Positions 55,501-61,500 of a stretch of 64,000 bases of DNA are shown here, one piece after another. The notes beneath the pieces were generated by a model. The model was not told where the DNA came from and made no database searches. It worked only from the letters and a program-made list of their open reading frames with translations. Origin of the DNA: Tubiluchus corallicola (lineage: Eukaryota > Animalia > Priapulida); the NCBI GenBank assembly GCA_030141605.1, contig JAQGDQ010000047.1, positions 248,001-312,000 on the forward strand, given 5' to 3'. Both the position numbers and the translations under genes were made by a program. The stretch's first letter is position 1. Every line of letters begins with the position of its first letter.

Positions 55501-58500
55501 CTGACTCCACTTCACAGTCTTCGCCTCTTAGATGCTATATTCTCATTTTGGCTTGCTGACTGCTCAATTTCAGATCGTTTTTTTTTCAATTTTCTGCTGA
55601 GAGTACTTTGGGAAATTTTCAGCTGCGCTGCTGCACACATCTGCCCATCTTTGGAAGTTTACCGTACTGCTCTAAAATTTTCAGTTTCTCCTTAACTGTT
55701 AGATCTTTACGCTTATGCTCCACTTTCCAAACTTCTTAACTCTATGCTCTTATTTGCTGTATGATACTTACTCTTGTAAGTCACAAGGAATACTGGATGA
55801 TTACTGTACCTGCATCTTTGTCTATTAACTCATTTATCCTAAAAGCGTGATTTGCAACTAGAGCATCAAAAGGAAAGTGCTAGGTAAGTGATTAAATGTT
55901 TAGCTTCCAGGAATTCTTTGGGCAACGAGGTTAATTGCTGTGGGCGAGCGGGTAACAGATTCTAAGCAAAACTGCTACGACAGCATATTAGCACATGATA
56001 AAAGTACCTGTTTACAAGCAAAACGGTACTTAACATGATTGTTTCTACATATATAATGCACAAAAGGGAAGTAAAGATGACATAAAAGTAGGAAAGGGTG
56101 TTTTGGCACATACAAATGTCTTATTTTAAGTACATGAAGGAAAAATATTGAGTTGATTAAGTGAAGTTATTTGAGTCAATTACCAATATTTGTTATGTAT
56201 ATTTGAATAGAAGCGGCCCGTTCCAGGTGGTTTTGAGTCAATTAAGTGATTGCGTCTATCAACCGTGAGTCTATTAAGCGGCGACTACTGTACATTGTAT
56301 TAAACTATTGCTAGATTGATTTCATCGACTTTTGAAAGAATGAATAGCTTTTCTTATGCATACATCAAAGTGACAGCATTTGACTACAGTTGCAACCATA
56401 GGCAATAAAAATTGATTTGATTAACTTTTGAAATGGTTAATAGCTTTACTTAATTACGAGTAGATCAAAGTGCTAAATTTGCAAATTAGAAGCATTTGAC
56501 TAACACTGCAATGGCAATGAAAATGGCTTTCTTATACACTTATTATAGATGACTTTCAATAACTTAATACTAGTCATAGTAAGTTCTCCATAACAATATC
56601 AATGTATACACTAAGACATTTTTCTTGTGAGTTATTAACATTTTGGCATTGTTTTCGCTTGCCATACCTATGCCAGTGGCTTATGGAAAGTTGTTTACTC
56701 ACAGGCAAGTTTCTGTTCATCAACAGCCCAAAATACTCCTCTGGAGATGTGGCTAGCGTTAGAACCCCTGAATTCCCTCAAAGCATGGATGAGTGCACAT
56801 TGAAGTTCTGGTACCATATGTATGGCTCTGATGGAATGAGAACTCTAACCGTAAGCATGCTTTTTCAGACGTTTGCTGCGTCAGGCACATAGTACAGCTA
56901 TTGTATGATATTCTGTAAATCTCTGTGTGCATAGTTTTGTAACGATGGGGCAGACACTTTAGCTGCATATCCTGTTATTTATGTCTGGCCAACACTTTTA
57001 TTAATCTAATGTGTCACTTGAAATTTTAATTTCAAAGAAATGAAATGGCTACAAATAGCCACTGAAAGCATGATCTTTTTATTGTGAATTAGTGCACGAG
57101 TCTAGAAATGAATTTGAACATTTTGGCATTTTCTTCATATTACCACTCCAAAAAACTATGCGATATGCAAGCCTTAAATACGAAATTTTCATTTCATAAG
57201 GTTGCATATTTTTGTTGGTGAGGGTGGCATGATGCCGGCATGAAGACAGTGCTACTATATGATAAAACAGTCATTTTTTCAGGAGCTTTTGTAGCAATTT
57301 TGTTACTTTTACTAATAAATGGAAAGCTTGTTCTTGTAGGTATACACTCAAGATACTGTGGGTCAAAGAGCTCTAATGTGGCACGCTGCAGGACCTCAGG
57401 GAAATCAGTGGAAATTCGCCCACGTGCTGATTGGACATTTTAATGACTATTTTGTTGTATTTGAAGCAGTTAGAGGCGATGACCCAGAAACAATTATTGC
57501 TATTGATGACATTTCATTTTCTGTATCTTGCACTGCACCAGGTAATTACATATTTGTTAAATATATTTAATGGGATCTTATCTGTTATATGTTATAATTC
57601 ATACAGTATATAGTGATTACTGAGCCTAGACATAATTATTAACTGAGTGTATTTTGATTCCAAAAGTAGCAGCTCTCATTTGTTTTTTAATTAACCTTAC
57701 ATACCCTACAGAATAACAATACAAAATATATACAATGCAAATCTGTAATGTGAAACAGTGTTATTAAAATTCTTTGACCACTGTGTGGTAATTAATTATC
57801 CAAAGATATTTCAATTTTAGTGTAATTATCCAAAGATATTTCAATTTTAGTGTAATTTTCCAAAGATATTTTAGTGCAATTATCCAAAGATATTTCAATT
57901 TTATTGTACACTTCTGATTTTGCACAGTTGTACAATAGTAGAGTAAATTCTGGTTCTAGAGTAAATTCATCCATTTTGTCAACACAATGCCAATGCTGTT
58001 TTATGTGTGGGTGATAATAAATGCTACTGTTTTTTAACAGGTGGAGTGACAGTATCTCCCTCTCCTTGTAAGTTTACAGAATTCTGGTGTGACAATGGTG
58101 ACTGCATTCCCATTGAATGGGAGTGTGATGGGGACACTGACTGCACTGATGGCTCAGATGAAAGCCATTGCAATCATACAGCCACTGGAGGTTTGTTGCC
58201 CCTACTCAAGCTTTGGACTTTGTTATACAATAAACTGTAATATCAAAATGCAGGCATTGTTTAAGGATCTATTGAAAAACAAAAAACTGATTGATGTAGT
58301 ATTTTGTAAATTTGGTCTCTTGCTGTCTTTTTGTTGTCTTTTAACACTTTTACTGTGTAGCCCTGCTGTTACTACTGCTCATCCTGCTCATCTCTAGAGA
58401 GCGTCATGTCACAGCTGTCGTTAATAATAAACGTAGCTTCTGTAGATTTCAGCCATTAATGCCTTTGCAAATGATGTTAAAAAGCACTTGAGTTTGAGAA

Positions 58501-61500
58501 CAGTGGTGATACAAATCACATCCTTCCTACTGTAGCATAACTAAATATTAAAATTTTGTTTTTAGCTTTTTTTGGGGAAATGAGAAAACCTTTTTTACAC
58601 ATGCTTCTGTGTGATTTCCATAGTTAGGAATTCTGCTATTTTTACAAATCATATGTTCAGTGAGAAGTCGCATCTTTTTACTGAATGTCATTTTTGGGCA
58701 TCATTTCCGAATATTTCTTTGGCATTTCTTTTTTCTGTTTTTTTAAGTGATAAAGGCTATGATGATGATGATACTGATTATAATAATAATATTTGACACA
58801 ATTTTTTGCATACCAAACTAATGTTGAATTTAATTCATTTACACGTACTTGGTGGTTATATGAAAACAAAGATGATTAATTATAACAATTATGATTATAG
58901 GGTTATAATGCACATAAGTTTTTACTTAACTATAACTTATTTTAAGTTAAGCACTTAATACAGCTTCTGAATTTTACTTCTTGATTTTAGATTCACATTG
59001 TACATGCCTTGCATCACAATCTAACAAGCCTCGCTTTTCCTGTAGTGCATTTGCGCTTCGACTTTAGTGTGTGCCACTGGCACATTTTATTTCAATTTTT
59101 AATTAAATCAGTAAACTAAAATTGTAACTAACGTTCAATTTGCTAGTAATATTGCTGTGTTTTGTGAAATGAATGACATAACACTCGGGACGCCATGCAA
59201 AATACCTGTCTACTGCACATGTTCTATTCTCCTTAATCTTATTTAAAAATTTTATTATCTATGGGATTTTATATAATCATCTAAGGTTATTAAAAAGTAG
59301 TGTTTTTCACATCTAGTGTTGATACTTTTTGTGCATCAACAGCTTAAACTTGTGAAAATGCTTTTGATTTTAGAACCAAAGACAACACCACCTTCTGTAA
59401 CTGATTACCCTGGAGAGCCTCTCCCCCAAGGTGATTGTATCGATAATTATCTTGAGTGTGATGACAAGAACTGCATACCATATATTTATGAGTGTGATGG
59501 ATATAAAGACTGTTCTGGGGGAGAAGACGAAACCAGATTTTGCCGTAAGATTCACTGTTTAATAAACAATTTTTAGTACTGTATTAACTAACAATTGTAT
59601 ATATAACATTACGGCAGATATTGTAAACCTTTCTCCGGTAGGGCCTTGCATCCAAGCTAACAACATTTGAGAGTGTAAAAGTATAGCTTTGAAAAATTAA
59701 ATGGAAGCTTTTGACGATCTTAGCCATTTGTAATAAACAAAACCCTTTTTATTGTTGTTGCAGCTTGTTACATTGAGAGATAATTAAAGTCAATGAAAAA
59801 TGTATGAAAGTTTCACCTCAAATACTGATTAGAAGAACCAAGTTTTGTAATTCTTAGTGTACTTGTAAAAGATGAATGTTTCTGCTTGCTTTTTACAGCA
59901 AAATGAAACATTCTACTTGAGCTCTTTGACGGACTTAGATTTGAATTCATTTGTAAAACAAACTTCCTTTGCTTAACAATGTTTTTTGTGGTTTTTGAAA
60001 ACTCTAACAGACATCGTTTGTTATAGCTTTCAAACCGTGTGATGAGGACTACTATTTCTGTAGAGATGAGGTTAATAGGTGTGTCCCTCTAGACAAAAGA
60101 TGTGACAACAAAACCGATTGCTTCACTGACAATTCTGATGAAATGTTTTGCTCAGGTGAGTAATACTATGTAGTTTATATTGTAAGTGCTGTACAGTTTA
60201 GTGTTTTTGTAAATGCGTATTTGTCAAACTGTATTTCTTAATTGACGTGTAATCATTACATACTTTACATGATTTAATTGCTAATTATGTGTATTTTTAG
60301 CTTGCCCTGCGAAGTACTGCTTAAATGGTGGTAACTGTTCAGTGGGTTATAATGGACCTGTTTGTTCGTAAGTAATACTTTGTCTTATGTAATGCACTTA
60401 AAGTACAAAGATAGCTTGAATTGTTTAATTTTTTATATATTGTCAGCGTATTGGACGAGTAAACAAGTATCGCTAGTTGTTACTACAATGGACCCAGTCT
60501 TGTGTAGTTTACTATTTTTCAGGAATAAATTGTATAATTACTTTACATGTAAGCCTTTTCCGGTAAGTTTTTAACTGGCATTAAGTCGATGTAAAAGGCA
60601 AATGAGTTACAGACACTTCAAAATGTATTCCACATGTAAAAAGGTATTCCCAGCATATACACTCACTCGCCACAGAATCATTAATCCATCATTTCACTAC
60701 AGCCAGCCACAGTTACCATAATAAATACCGACAGTACAACTTATGGTAAAACGAGATGCTGGCAGGCATATTCACTGTGCAAACACAGACCTACAAGTGT
60801 GCAAAATTTTGAAAAAATTTCGGTACTTAGCTCTATTTACATCTTACTAAAAAGGTGCATTACCACAATAAAGTAGGTACATCCCTGAGCGACCCAGATA
60901 CGAGCATACACCCATCTACAGCTAAAATCATATCTATAGGCAACAAAAACCTGGATTGACCCATTGCTGCTGCAGTTACTAAAGCAAGCAAATTTATGTT
61001 ATTTATATATTCGACAGGCAAGTATGAAACCTTAGTGCATTTGCAGGCACATGCGACTAGTTTTACAAAAATTTAAAAAAACTATTTGAAATTCTAAATA
61101 AATTGATCCATGTTAGCACAACCACTAACATTTTATAACTCGCTAAAACCTGCCCTGTTAATTTGTTAGTCTACTGAATGCATTTTCGACGTGATTCTCA
61201 ACTCTTAATTTTTATACTGATTAATTCAATAGTTTTATTTTTACTAGCTAATATCTGTGTTTATAACTGTAATAATCATAATCATTAATATATTAATATA
61301 GCCACGTAGATGAAATTCTCCATGCTAAAAGCATGAAATATTTTTACAGATGTCCACCTGACACAGGTACCAATAGATGTCAGTTTACTACTACACCTAC
61401 TTCACCTACAAATGGTAACAAATGGCTTGCAGGTGTAATTGTTGCTGCCACACTGCTAGTCCTGTCACTAATTCTTGCTGCCACCTATTTTCTTGCAAAA

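Noticed and set aside
55287-55725. Domesticated CENP-B/TIGD-like gene
   Set aside because: Frameshifted, truncated before the catalytic domain and still enclosed by TIRs and TA TSDs, so a transposon relic.
57792-57974. ORF with repeated [10 protein letters not shown]
   Set aside because: Translation of the 30 bp minisatellite.
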